64,000 bases of DNA from an uncultured Actinomycetes bacterium (GCA_963742735.1 CAVUMN010000003.1:768001-832000); one strand, 5' to 3'. Numbered from the stretch's first letter, positions 1 through 10,555 are shown. The notes: a model not told the origin generated them from the letters alone. Made by a program: numbers and translations.

Positions 1-421
1 CCGGTTCAACGAGCTCGTCGTCGAGCGACTGGTCGAGGGCGCGCTCGCGGCGTTCGCGCGCCACGGCGTCCCCACCGAGGACGTGGAGGTCGCCTGGGCG
101 CCCGGCGCGTTCGAGCTGCCGATCGTGGCCCGCCGCTTCGCGCGCGGCGGCGAGGTCGACGCGGTGGTCTGCCTGGGCGCGGTGATCCGGGGGGAGACGC
201 CCCACTTCGACTTCGTGGCCGAGGGAGCCGAGCGGGGGATCATGCAGGCGATGCTCGAGACCGACGTGCCGATCCTGTTCGGCGTGCTGACCACCGAGAC
301 GATGGAGCAGGCCCTGGACCGCGCCGGAGGGGGCCACGGGAACAAGGGCTGGGACTCCGCGCTCGCCGCCATGGAGATGGCCTCGCTGCTGGACGACCTG
401 CCCGGGAAGGGGGCGCCGTGA
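1..421 (+). CDS. ribH: 6,7-dimethyl-8-ribityllumazine synthase (5'-partial)
   Basis: Frame open from window start (RFNELVVERL); motifs PGAFELP, LGAVIRGETPHFDFV, FGVLT, GNKG. Confidence 0.95.
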   Translation, partial: RFNELVVERLVEGALAAFARHGVPTEDVEVAWAPGAFELPIVARRFARGGEVDAVVCLGAVIRGETPHFDFVAEGAERGIMQAMLETDVPILFGVLTTETMEQALDRAGGGHGNKGWDSALAAMEMASLLDDLPGKGAP

Positions 422-768
422 TCGTCGACAAGCCGTGGGGCAAGGTCACCACGTACGCGCTGAACCAGCCGTCCTCGATCCGCCTCATCACAATCGAGCC
501 GGGTCAGGAGACGAGCGAGCACTACCACCAGCTCCGCGACGAGAACTGGGTCGTGCTCGATCCGGGCCTGCGCATCCAGATCGGCAACCGCCAGATCGAC
601 GCCAAGCCGGGGGAGGAGTACGTGGTCGCCGCCGAGGAGCCGCACCGGATCACGAACACCGGCGAGACCCGGGGGCGGGTCCTGGAGGTCGCCCACGGCT
701 ACACGAGCGAGGACGACACGTTCCGCCTGCAGGACGACTACGGCCGCTCGCTCGACCCCGACTGGTAG
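418..768 (+). CDS. Cupin protein, phosphomannose isomerase type II C-terminal-like
   Basis: KPWG, SEHYHQLRDENWVVL, HRITN, DDYGR motifs; GTGA overlap with ribH. Confidence 0.8.
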   Translation: MIVDKPWGKVTTYALNQPSSIRLITIEPGQETSEHYHQLRDENWVVLDPGLRIQIGNRQIDAKPGEEYVVAAEEPHRITNTGETRGRVLEVAHGYTSEDDTFRLQDDYGRSLDPDW

Positions 769-810
769 CCACCCTCGCGGCCGGGGTAGGCAGCCCCCGG
801 GGGACGCTCC

Positions 811-894
811 TATACTCTCTGGCCTGAACGATGTACTCGACGTCGTGGTGGTACGGCCGCACGCCGATGGCGCGCGGCCCTTTTGTGGGAGGTG
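811..894 (+). promoter_or_regulatory. infC operon -10 box, leader hairpin and SD
   Basis: TATACT 811-816; hairpin GGCCGCACGCC-GAT-GGCGCGCGGCC 855-879 followed by CTTTT; GGAGGTG 888-894. Confidence 0.55.
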
Positions 895-901
895 ATGCGG
901 G

Positions 902-1539
<638 letters not shown>

Positions 1540-1543
<4 letters not shown>

Positions 1544-1728
1544 AGCAGAAGACGCACCGGGGCGCGGCCAAGCGGTACCGGATCACCGGTTCCGGCAAGG
1601 TCATGCGCCGCAAGGCCACCGGCAACCACATGCTGGGAAAGAAGTCGGGGAGCCAGAAGCGCCGCATCACCGGGACCGCCGTGGTCGGTCCCGAGGCGAA
1701 GGTCATCAAGAAGCTCCTGGGGCGCTGA
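1540..1728 (+). CDS. rpmI: 50S ribosomal protein L35
   Basis: GTG overlapping infC stop; [19 protein letters not shown]. Confidence 0.95.
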
Positions 1729-1731
1729 GCG

Positions 1732-2088
1732 ATGGCCAGGATCAAGCGAAGCGTTCACGGCCGCAAGAAGCACCGCGAGGTGCTCGAGCAGGCCAAGGGG
1801 TACCGCGGCGCGCGCTCCCGCAGCTACAAGAAGGCCAAGGAGCAGCTCCTGCACTCCGGCGTCTACGCGTACCGCGACCGCCGTGACAAGAAGGGGCAGT
1901 TCCGCCGCCTGTGGATCACCCGGATCGGCGCGGCCGCCCGCCAGAACGGCATGACCTACTCCACGTTCATCTCCGGCCTCACCGCCGCCGGCGTCGAGCT
2001 GGACCGCAAGATCCTCGCCGACCTCGCGGTGAACGACCCGAAGGCCTTCGGCGACCTGGTCGAGGCCGCCCGAGGGGCACGGGCGTAG
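1732..2088 (+). CDS. rplT: 50S ribosomal protein L20
   Basis: [42 protein letters not shown]. Confidence 0.98.
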   Translation: MARIKRSVHGRKKHREVLEQAKGYRGARSRSYKKAKEQLLHSGVYAYRDRRDKKGQFRRLWITRIGAAARQNGMTYSTFISGLTAAGVELDRKILADLAVNDPKAFGDLVEAARGARA

Positions 2089-3524
2089 CCGCCTCCCGCA
2101 TCTCGAGCACCAAGAACCCCCACGTCCACGACGCCGCACGCCTGAAGAAGCGCGCGCTGCGCGAGAAGGACCGCCGGTTCCTGGTCGAGGGGCGGCAGGG
2201 GGTGGCCGAGGCGCTCGAGGCTCGCCGGGTCGAGACCCTCTTCCACGCCGAGGGCACGCACGACGACCTGGCCGAGGTGGCGTCCTCGCTCGGTGCCCGC
2301 GTGGTCGCCGCCACCGAGGACGTCCTCAAGCACCTGACCTCCACCGTCACCCCGCAGGGGATCGTGGCGGTCGCCTCCTACCTGGACGTCCCCCTCGACG
2401 CGGTCCGGGACCCGAGGCTCGTCGCGGTGCTGTGCGCGGTCCGCGACCCGGGCAACGCCGGGACGATCCTTCGCTCGGCCGACGCGGCGGGGGCGGACGC
2501 GGTGGTGTTCGCCGGGGAGTCCGTCGACGTCTACAACCCGAAGACCGTCCGCGCCTCCGCGGGCTCGGTGTTCCATCTTCCGGTGGTGCGCTCGGTCGCG
2601 GAGCCGGAGGCAGTGGAGTCCCTGCGCGGCTCGGGGCTGCAGGTCCTGGCGGCGGACGCGAGCGGCGAGACGAGCCTGGACCAGGTGGACCTGTCCCGCC
2701 CGACCGCGCTGCTCTTCGGCAACGAGGCGTGGGGCCTGCCGCCCGAGACCGCCGCGCTCGCCGACGCGACCGTGCGGATCCCCATGCGGGGCCGGGCCGA
2801 GTCGCTGAACCTGGCCGCCGCGGCGACGCTCATGCTGTTCGAGGTGTCGCGGCCCGCGCCCGCAGTCGGCGGGGACGACCTCGCCCGGTGGATCTCGGGG
2901 TCGGCCCACGACCTGCGCTCGCCGCTCACCGGGCTGACCGGGTTCACGCTGATGCTCTCCCGCCGGTGGGACCGGCTCTCGGAGGACCAGCGGCGCGAGC
3001 TCGTGGAATCGATCGGCGTGGACGCCGAGCGGGTCGGACACAACATCAAGCGGGTGATCGACGCGGCCCGCGCGGGGCTGGGAACCCTGAAGCCGGGGGA
3101 GGAGCGGATCGACGTCCGCGACCTGGCGACGAAGGCGCGGGACGCCCTCGCCGCCCGCGAGCAGACGATCTCGCTCGACCTGCCCGACGCCGAGGTCCGC
3201 GTGCTCGGCGACCCGGACCGGCTGGGGATCGCCGTGATCGCCCTGGCGGAGGCGGCGGCGTGGTGGGGCGACTCCGACGACCTCGCGACGATCCGCGTGG
3301 AAGCCGGCGAGGGCGAGGGGCGCGTCGTCGTCACCCGTCCCGGGAAGCCCGAGCCGTGGCCGTTCACCCCCGAGGGCACCGGCCGGGGCACTGGCCTGGC
3401 CCTGCTCGCCGCGGAGGGCGTCCTGCGGGTCCACGGGGGCCGGCTCGAGCACGAGATCGGCGAGGCCGGGCTCAGGTTCACCGCCACGATCCCCGCGGGC
3501 CCTGTGGCAGACTCGCCCGCATGA
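2085..3524 (+). CDS. TrmH/SpoU RNA methyltransferase fused to HisKA and a degenerate HATPase domain (start uncertain)
   Basis: [38 protein letters not shown], then H-box [15 protein letters not shown] and G2-like GTGLALL...HGG with no stop between. Confidence 0.85.
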   Translation, partial: VAASRISSTKNPHVHDAARLKKRALREKDRRFLVEGRQGVAEALEARRVETLFHAEGTHDDLAEVASSLGARVVAATEDVLKHLTSTVTPQGIVAVASYLDVPLDAVRDPRLVAVLCAVRDPGNAGTILRSADAAGADAVVFAGESVDVYNPKTVRASAGSVFHLPVVRSVAEPEAVESLRGSGLQVLAADASGETSLDQVDLSRPTALLFGNEAWGLPPETAALADATVRIPMRGRAESLNLAAAATLMLFEVSRPAPAVGGDDLARWISGSAHDLRSPLTGLTGFTLMLSRRWDRLSEDQRRELVESIGVDAERVGHNIKRVIDAARAGLGTLKPGEERIDVRDLATKARDALAAREQTISLDLPDAEVRVLGDPDRLGIAVIALAEAAAWWGDSDDLATIRVEAGEGEGRVVVTRPGKPEPWPFTPEGTGRGTGLALLAAEGVLRVHGGRLEHEIGEAGLRFTATIPAGPVADSPA

Positions 3525-4582
3525 CCACGGACCCCCAGGACGCCGTTCGCTCGCTCGAGGCCGAGGTGGCGCGGGCCCGCGGGGCCGCCGCCGCCGCGTC
3601 GACCCTCGAGGACCTCGAGCAGGCCCAGGTGGCGCTGCTCGGCCGCAAGGCGCCGCTGTCGGCGATCAAGCGTTCGCTCGGCGAGCTCGACGAGGCCGGG
3701 CGCCGCCTGGTCGGACAGGCCACGAACGAGGCTCGCGCCGCGATCGAGTCGGCGCTGGCGGAGCGGCGCGCCGAGCTCGAGGGGGGCGCTGCCCGGGAGC
3801 GGCTGGATGCCGAGCGCATCGACGTCACCCTCCCCGGCCGGGCGAACCGTCCCGGCTCGCTCCATCCCCTGGCGGTCATCGAGTACCGCATCGTCGAGAT
3901 CTTCGAGCGGATGGGCTACCGGGTCGTCGAGGGCCCGGAGATCGAGACCGACTGGTACAACTTCCAGGCCCTCAACATCCCGCCCGACCACCCGGCCCGG
4001 ACGGTCAAGGACACGCTGTACGTGGACGTGCCCGGCCGCGACGACCTCCTCCTGCGCACCGAGACCAGCGCGATGCAGATCCACACCATGGAGTCGCAGC
4101 CGCCGCCCGTGTACATCGTCTCGCCGGGGCGGACGTTCCGCCGCGACACCCAGGACGCGACCCACTCCCCGGTGTTCCATCAGATCGAGGGGCTGGCGGT
4201 CGACGAGGGACTTTCGTTCTCCGACATGAAGGGCACCCTCGAGGCGTTCGCGCAGGGCATGTTCGGCCCGGACCAGCGGGTGCGCCTGACGGCGTCATAC
4301 TTCCCGTTCGTCGAGCCCGGCGCCCAGGTCGAGGTGTCCTGCTTCATCTGCGGCGGCGTCGGCTGCCGGACGTGCGGCAACGGCTGGATCGAGATCATGG
4401 GGTGCGGGATGGTCCACCCCAACGTCCTGGAGAACGTCGGCTACGACTCCGAGCGATATACGGGGTTCGCGTTCGGGATGGGGATCGAGCGGGTGGCGAT
4501 GCTCGTGTACGGCCTGCCCGACATCCGGCTGCTGTTCGAGAGCGACGTGCGGTTCCTGTCCCAGTTCCAGGCGGTCGGATGA
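3521..4582 (+). CDS. pheS: Phenylalanyl-tRNA synthetase alpha subunit
   Basis: GSLHPL, NFQALNIPPDHPAR, FRRD, FHQIEG, YFPFVEP, GFAFGMGIER. Confidence 0.98.
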   Translation: MTTDPQDAVRSLEAEVARARGAAAAASTLEDLEQAQVALLGRKAPLSAIKRSLGELDEAGRRLVGQATNEARAAIESALAERRAELEGGAARERLDAERIDVTLPGRANRPGSLHPLAVIEYRIVEIFERMGYRVVEGPEIETDWYNFQALNIPPDHPARTVKDTLYVDVPGRDDLLLRTETSAMQIHTMESQPPPVYIVSPGRTFRRDTQDATHSPVFHQIEGLAVDEGLSFSDMKGTLEAFAQGMFGPDQRVRLTASYFPFVEPGAQVEVSCFICGGVGCRTCGNGWIEIMGCGMVHPNVLENVGYDSERYTGFAFGMGIERVAMLVYGLPDIRLLFESDVRFLSQFQAVG

Positions 4583-6963
4583 GGGTCCCGTACGCCTGGC
4601 TCCGCGAGCTCTGCCCGGTCGAGCAGACCGTCGAAGAGCTCGCCGAGCTGCTCACGGCCAAGGGCATCCACGTCGAGGGCATCCTCCGGCCCTGGGGCGG
4701 GCTGTCCGGCGTGGTCGCCGCCCGGGTGATCGAGGTCCTGGACCACCCGAACTCCGACAAGCTCTGTCTGGCCCGGGTCGACGCCGGATCGCTGGGCGAG
4801 CATCCCGTGGTGGTCGGCGTCCGGAACATGGCCGCCGGCGACGTCGTGCCGTACGCGCCGCCCGGCGCGCGGGTGCCGGTCCTTGACGAACCTCTGTCGG
4901 CGAAGGAGCTCCGCGGCGAGACGTCCGAGGGGATGTTGTGCTCGCCTCGCGAGCTGGCGATCTCCGCCGACCACACCGGCATCCTGGTCCTGCCCGCCGG
5001 CGTGGACCCCGGGGCCGACGTGGCCGCCGCGTTCGGGCTCGACGACGCGGTCATCGACATCGAAGTCGAGCCCAACCGGCCCGACCTGCTGTCGGTGCTC
5101 GGCGTGGCCCGCGAGGCGTCGATGGCCACCGGCGTCCCGTTGATCGAGCCGGACCTGTCCGTCCCCGAGGGCGAGGAGCAGGCCGACGCCGTGGCGACCG
5201 TGAAGATCGAGGACCTCGAGCGCTGCCCGCGCTACCTGGCTCGGGTCATCCGCGGGGTGACGTCGAGGCCGGCGCCGATCGTCGCCCAGGCCCGGCTGAC
5301 GGCCGCCGGCATGCGCCCGATCTCCGCGGTGGTCGACGCGACGAACTACGTGCTCCTGGAGCTCGGGCACCCGCTGCACCCGTTCGACCTGCAGCTGCTG
5401 GCGGGGCCGGGAATCGTGGTCCGCCGCGCGGAGGACGGGGAGCGCTTGGTCACCCTCGACGGCGTCGACCGGAAGCTGACCGACGAGGATCTGGTCATCG
5501 CCGACCTGGAGAAGCCCGTGGCCGTCGCCGGCGTGATGGGCTCCGCCGTGGCCGAGGTCTCTGAGCAGACCTCCGACGTGCTGCTGGAGAGCGCGTACTT
5601 CTCGCCCCTCGGCGTCCTGCGCACCGCGCGGCGGCTGGGCCTGCGGACCGAGGCGAACATGCGCTTCGAGCGCGGGGCCGACCCCGAGGCGGTGCCCCGG
5701 GCGGCCGACCGGGCGGCCCAGCTCATCGCGGAGTGGTCCGGCGGGACCGTCGTGGCCGGCGTGATCGACGGCGGCGAGCCGCCCGCTCGTCGTCACGTGG
5801 CCGTGCGCCCGGAGCGGGCGTCGCTCCTGCTGGGCTTCGAGGTGAGCGCCCCCGACATCCGGGAGGCGTTCGGCCGCCTGGGGATCCGCGCAGCCCAGAC
5901 GGACGGCGTGGTGGACGTCGAGGTCCCCGGCTACCGCGTGGACCTGGATCGCGAGGTCGACCTCATCGAGGAGGTCGTGCGGGTCCGCGGCTACGAGGAG
6001 GTCGGCGCGTCCCTGCCCGGCGTGCGCCAGCGGGGCGGGGAGATGGAGTCCTACGCCTTCCGCCGACGGGTTCGCCACGCGCTGGCCCGGGCCGGCGTGC
6101 GCGAGGCGATGTCGCTGTCGTTCGCGAACCGCGACGACCTGGCGCTGATGGGCGTCGACCCGGACGCGCAGCTGAAGGTCGGCAACCCCCTCGCCGCCGA
6201 CGAGGGATGGATGCGCCCCTCACTGATCCCCGGCCTGGTCAGGGCGCTGGCCCGCAACCGCGCGCGCCAGGTGCCGGGCGCGGCCCTGTTCGAGACCGGC
6301 CACGTGTTCACGTCCGACGAGGCCCCGTACCGGGAGTGGGAGCAGGTCGCGTTCGCGTTCAACGGCTCGGCCGGGACGTGGTGGGGCGGCCACGCCCGCG
6401 AGTTCGACTTCTACGACGCCAAGGGCGCGCTCGAGCTGCTGATGGCCGGCCTGGGGATCAAGGACTGGTCGCTGGGGGAGCCGGCGGGCGCGCCGTTCCA
6501 CCCCGCACGATCGGCGCGCGTGCTCATCGCCGGCGAGCCGGTGGGGGAGATCGGCGAGCTCGACCCGGGCGCCCTGGAGCCCTACGACGTGCCCGGCCGA
6601 GCTTCGGCCGCCTGGCTGCCGATGGACGTCCTCGCGGAGCACGCGACCGACCTCCTGACCTACGCGGAGATCCCGAGGTTCCCGCCGGTCCGCCGGGACC
6701 TGGCCTTCGTCGTGGACGCCTCCGCCGGGGCCGAGGCGGTCCGCGCCGCCCTGGTCGAAGCCGGAGGTGACCTGGTCGGCGACGTGGTCCTGTTCGACGT
6801 GTTCACCGGCCGCCCCATCCCCGAGGGCAAGAAATCCTTCGCGTTCGCCGTGGACTTCCGCGCCCCCGACCGAACCCTGACCGACGACGAAGCCGACGCC
6901 GTGGTGACGCGCATCGTCGACCGCCTGGCCAAGGACTTCGGCGCCCAGCTTCGCACCGGTTAG
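4579..6963 (+). CDS. pheT: Phenylalanyl-tRNA synthetase beta subunit
   Basis: HPNSDKL, SEGMLCS, PNRPDLLS, RFERG, DLIEEV, RFPPVRRDLAF. Confidence 0.98.
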   Translation: MRVPYAWLRELCPVEQTVEELAELLTAKGIHVEGILRPWGGLSGVVAARVIEVLDHPNSDKLCLARVDAGSLGEHPVVVGVRNMAAGDVVPYAPPGARVPVLDEPLSAKELRGETSEGMLCSPRELAISADHTGILVLPAGVDPGADVAAAFGLDDAVIDIEVEPNRPDLLSVLGVAREASMATGVPLIEPDLSVPEGEEQADAVATVKIEDLERCPRYLARVIRGVTSRPAPIVAQARLTAAGMRPISAVVDATNYVLLELGHPLHPFDLQLLAGPGIVVRRAEDGERLVTLDGVDRKLTDEDLVIADLEKPVAVAGVMGSAVAEVSEQTSDVLLESAYFSPLGVLRTARRLGLRTEANMRFERGADPEAVPRAADRAAQLIAEWSGGTVVAGVIDGGEPPARRHVAVRPERASLLLGFEVSAPDIREAFGRLGIRAAQTDGVVDVEVPGYRVDLDREVDLIEEVVRVRGYEEVGASLPGVRQRGGEMESYAFRRRVRHALARAGVREAMSLSFANRDDLALMGVDPDAQLKVGNPLAADEGWMRPSLIPGLVRALARNRARQVPGAALFETGHVFTSDEAPYREWEQVAFAFNGSAGTWWGGHAREFDFYDAKGALELLMAGLGIKDWSLGEPAGAPFHPARSARVLIAGEPVGEIGELDPGALEPYDVPGRASAAWLPMDVLAEHATDLLTYAEIPRFPPVRRDLAFVVDASAGAEAVRAALVEAGGDLVGDVVLFDVFTGRPIPEGKKSFAFAVDFRAPDRTLTDDEADAVVTRIVDRLAKDFGAQLRTG

Positions 6964-6967
6964 AGGT

Positions 6968-8506
6968 TCAGGCCGGTTCGAAGTTGTTCAGGATCGAAAG
7001 CGCTTCGTCGATGGTTTCCTCATCGGCGGAGGGATGAATGAGGATGCCAGCTTCGAAGCCACGCCCAACGTCCTGGAAGAGCCACCAGTACCAGTCCTGT
7101 GTCCCGTCGCACCCCTCGTATGCGGGGTCCGCTGGCACTTTCCCTTCGAGTGTGAACGGTTCCGGCCGCGGATCCAGCTCCTCAGGCGTTTCCTGAACAG
7201 GCTCCGATATCCACACGAGTGCGCCGCCTCGGGGCAGAGCGAGCACCGCATCGTGATACGGCCCGAGGTTGCAGTCTTGCGCAATGCCGCCCGTGGGAGG
7301 GAAGTCCCAGGTACCCGCGACGAGCAGCATAGGTGAGTCGTGTTTGGGATCCGGCACCGGTCCCTCAACGGCGCGCCAGCCTGCCGGGATCAGGACGGTG
7401 TATCGCGCTTCAGTGTTCTCGAGGAGTTGAGGGTCGTCGTCCCCTCCGAGCGCCTCTTCGAAGAGCGGCGGAGGGTACTCGACTCTCAAGCCTGCCCGTA
7501 TCAGCTCAGCAAGGTCACTTACCACCGGGAGCGCGCCGCCCGGTTCAGCATCCACATAGACGTAAAGACTGTCGACTTGCCAGAACGCGCGTGTGGAAGT
7601 TGCGAGGAGATCGACGCCGTCGACCTCAGCGATCCTTCGGCCTCCCGGAAGGGGATACGGCCCGTGGGGAGGCGCCTCCACCGCCCGGAGGGTGAATTGG
7701 GAGGCGCTTCCGCCGGCCCGGACGATGAACGCCTCGAGCGTGTCCCCCTCGATCACGTCTCCAGCTTCCTGTACGACCAGCTCAACCCACTGAGACGGAG
7801 GGCACGAATAATGCGACCAGCGCCCGCTGAGATGGCAGGGCGGCTGAAACCCCGCCCGTACCCGGAGCGAGTCGAGGACGGCGTACGCCTGATCGATCGT
7901 TGCCTGTGGAGAATTGGGAGTCCACGCCACGGCTGCCTCGAAGTACCGACCACCGTCACGGAACCGAAATGTGATGCCGTCAAGTGGCGTTCCCGAGCCG
8001 CAGAAGACTTCCGCGAAGGTCCCTAATGGATGGATGCCAGCGAACGACGCCTGGATGCGAGGGGGGAAGCGGCTTGGCCTCATGTGCGATCCCTTGGGGT
8101 ATTCGACGATCCACACCGCGGCGCCGTCCTCTGGCAGATCCCTGTGACATTGACTGGACGACCGAATCGGCCAAGAGCCCGCAAGGACGATTTGGTGTGG
8201 GGCGTTCCCAATTCCACGTGGGCCCGGACGGACCGACCAATCGCGGGGGATCGTCACGCTGAAGTCCCCGTTCTTGCCAAGGACTGTTGTGCTCGGTTGC
8301 CGCCGGTCGGCCGGGCTTCCCTCATTGCCGGACAGCATCACCAGCGGGAGGGCGATTCCTGTGATCACGATCAGCGTCGAGATCGTGGCCGCGAAGAGCC
8401 GACGCCGCCGCAACCGCCGAGCTCGGCGCTGTACCGCGGCCAGGTCAGGGGAGGGCACGGTCGCCCTGCGTATCCGTTCCCGCAACTCATCCATCGACGA
8501 GCTCAC
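6968..8506 (-). CDS. Putative anti-sigma factor: single TM helix and a duplicated extracytoplasmic domain
   Basis: Overlaps ECF sigma stop; short cytoplasmic N-terminus, RRLRRRR then TM; internal domain duplication. Confidence 0.7.
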   Translation of the reverse strand: MSSSMDELRERIRRATVPSPDLAAVQRRARRLRRRRLFAATISTLIVITGIALPLVMLSGNEGSPADRRQPSTTVLGKNGDFSVTIPRDWSVRPGPRGIGNAPHQIVLAGSWPIRSSSQCHRDLPEDGAAVWIVEYPKGSHMRPSRFPPRIQASFAGIHPLGTFAEVFCGSGTPLDGITFRFRDGGRYFEAAVAWTPNSPQATIDQAYAVLDSLRVRAGFQPPCHLSGRWSHYSCPPSQWVELVVQEAGDVIEGDTLEAFIVRAGGSASQFTLRAVEAPPHGPYPLPGGRRIAEVDGVDLLATSTRAFWQVDSLYVYVDAEPGGALPVVSDLAELIRAGLRVEYPPPLFEEALGGDDDPQLLENTEARYTVLIPAGWRAVEGPVPDPKHDSPMLLVAGTWDFPPTGGIAQDCNLGPYHDAVLALPRGGALVWISEPVQETPEELDPRPEPFTLEGKVPADPAYEGCDGTQDWYWWLFQDVGRGFEAGILIHPSADEETIDEALSILNNFEPA

Positions 8507-8945
8507 CCCGCCTCAATGCGGCTCGCGCCTTCGCGAGATGGGATTTCACGGTGCCCTCCTCGCATCCCATCGTGTCCGCGACGTCGGCGATCGGAAGGTC
8601 GACCACGTAGTGGAGCAAGACCGCTTCCTGCTGTCTCGGGGGCAGGCTCCGTATGGCTCGCCACACGTCCAGGGCCCGGTCGAGATCGTGCTCCTGGGGA
8701 GCCGACGGCTCGACTCCAGGTCGCCTTCTCAGCGCTCGGCGCACTACGTTCAAAGCCGTCGTCGTCACCCATCCAGCCACCCATGGCCGATCCTTCAGTC
8801 GCCGCCAGCGTTCGAGCGCCCGCGCGAATGCCTCCTGCGTTGCCTCCTCCGCCAGCCCGGGATCGCCGCACAGAGCCAGCGAGGCCCGGTACACCGACCC
8901 GAACTCCGATTCGTAGAGCTCCTGAAAGCGCTCGTCGATCCGCAC
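8487..8945 (-). CDS. ECF sigma-70 factor
   Basis: Region 2 AEEATQEAFARAL...W; region 4 SLPPRQQEAVLLHY...GTVKSHLAKAR. Confidence 0.92.
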   Translation of the reverse strand: MRIDERFQELYESEFGSVYRASLALCGDPGLAEEATQEAFARALERWRRLKDRPWVAGWVTTTALNVVRRALRRRPGVEPSAPQEHDLDRALDVWRAIRSLPPRQQEAVLLHYVVDLPIADVADTMGCEEGTVKSHLAKARAALRRGELVDG

Positions 8946-9004
8946 GTGGCCCCATTCAAGTCCCGAACCCATCCGGAGGTGTACTCGCTCGCTAGACTGC
9001 TCGC

Positions 9005-9925
9005 ATGAGCAGGGACTTCCTTTCCATCGACGACCTCTCGAACGAGGAGCTGCTGGCGCTGCTCGAGCTGGCGGCGAACGTCAAGGCCAATCGAGGGGAG
9101 TACGCGAACCGGCTGGCCGGGAAGAGCGCGGCGTTGATCTTCGAGAAGCCGTCCACGCGGACCCGGGTGTCGTTCGAGGTGGCCTGCGCGGACCTGGGGA
9201 TTCACCCGCTGTCCCTCACGAGCTCCGACCTCCAGCTCGGCCGCGGGGAGACCATCGAGGACACCGGCCGCGTCCTGTCGCGCTACGTCGACGTGATCGT
9301 CCTGCGGACGTTCGGCCAGGACCGGCTAACCCGCCTGGCCGAGGCGGCCGACGTGCCGGTGATCAACGCCCTCTCCGACTACTCGCACCCGTGCCAGGCG
9401 CTGGCCGACCTCCAGACGATCCGCGAGCGCACGGGTCGCCTCGCCGGCCTCACCCTCGCCTACCTGGGGGACGGGAACAACGTCACCCACTCCCTGCTGT
9501 TCGCCGGCGCCAAGGCCGGCATGAACGTGCGCGTGGCCACGCCCGAGGGCTTCGAGCCCGACGAGGCGGTCGTGAAGCGGGCTCGGGAGATCGCCGAGGA
9601 CACCGGCGGGTCGGTCCACATCGGCAACGACCCCGCCGCCGCGTGCCAGGGCGCGCACGTCCTGTACACCGACGTGTGGGCGAGCATGGGCCAGGAGTCC
9701 GAGTCGGCGGTTCGGGGCTCGATCTTCCCGCCGTTCCGGATCGACGCGGCGGCGGTCGCCCGGGCCGCCCCCGACTGCATCGTCCTGCACTGCCTGCCGG
9801 CCCACCGGGGCGACGAGATCACCGACGACGTCATCGACGGCCCGCGCTCCGCGGTGTGGGACCAGGCGGAGAACCGCCTGCACGCCCAGAAGGCCCTGCT
9901 GCTCTGGCTTCTCGGCGGTGCCTGA
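9005..9925 (+). CDS. argF: Ornithine carbamoyltransferase
   Basis: STRTR, HPCQ, GDGNN, DVWASMG, HCLP, QAENR. Confidence 0.96.
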   Translation: MSRDFLSIDDLSNEELLALLELAANVKANRGEYANRLAGKSAALIFEKPSTRTRVSFEVACADLGIHPLSLTSSDLQLGRGETIEDTGRVLSRYVDVIVLRTFGQDRLTRLAEAADVPVINALSDYSHPCQALADLQTIRERTGRLAGLTLAYLGDGNNVTHSLLFAGAKAGMNVRVATPEGFEPDEAVVKRAREIAEDTGGSVHIGNDPAAACQGAHVLYTDVWASMGQESESAVRGSIFPPFRIDAAAVARAAPDCIVLHCLPAHRGDEITDDVIDGPRSAVWDQAENRLHAQKALLLWLLGGA

Positions 9926-9928
9926 GCC

Positions 9929-10555
9929 CTAGCCCGCCGGCTCGAACTGCAGCGCTTGCACGATCACCCCGACCTCGTCGCGCGTCGCCTGATCCGCGTC
10001 CTCGCCGAGGAACACCTCGAGCCGGATCGCGTTGCCCCCGCCCACGCACCAGGTCGCGACGCGCCACTCGAACGAGTCGTAGGCGCCCCGCGCCTTGAAC
10101 TCGCCGAGCGTCGCGGCCGGCGGCGTCCCCAGCTCCATGGACCCGAGCGACTCCGGCGGCGTCGTCGGCAGGGTCGACCCGCAGGCCACCTCGGCGATCT
10201 GGAAGAACGCCGCGGTCACGTAGGCGCCGTCGGGCGGCAGCGGCCGCGGGTCGAGCTCGGCCGCGCAGGTCTCCCCGCTGCCGATCATCCGCTTGAAGCT
10301 CACCAGCGCCACGTCGTGGGTCGAGGCGTGGGCGTCGTCCGAGGTCTCGCAGTTGACCGAGGCGCTCCCCACGAACCAGGCGTCGGGGGCGGCGAGGGTG
10401 AGCGTGCCGGCGGAGGACTCGGCCGAGGCCTGCCGTCCCAGCCCGATCACGTCAGGGCCGGGCCCGGCGCTACGGCTCAGGCGGGCGATCAGGACGCCCC
10501 CGGCCGTTCCGGCGACCGCGGCGATCAGCAGGATGGGGAAGACCCGGTTTCGCAC
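9929..10555 (-). CDS. Membrane-anchored hypothetical protein carrying a domain like the anti-sigma repeat
   Basis: N-terminal hydrophobic segment; LPPDGA and ADQATRDE...QFEPA motifs; TACACT -10 7 nt upstream. Confidence 0.7.
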   Translation of the reverse strand: MRNRVFPILLIAAVAGTAGGVLIARLSRSAGPGPDVIGLGRQASAESSAGTLTLAAPDAWFVGSASVNCETSDDAHASTHDVALVSFKRMIGSGETCAAELDPRPLPPDGAYVTAAFFQIAEVACGSTLPTTPPESLGSMELGTPPAATLGEFKARGAYDSFEWRVATWCVGGGNAIRLEVFLGEDADQATRDEVGVIVQALQFEPAG

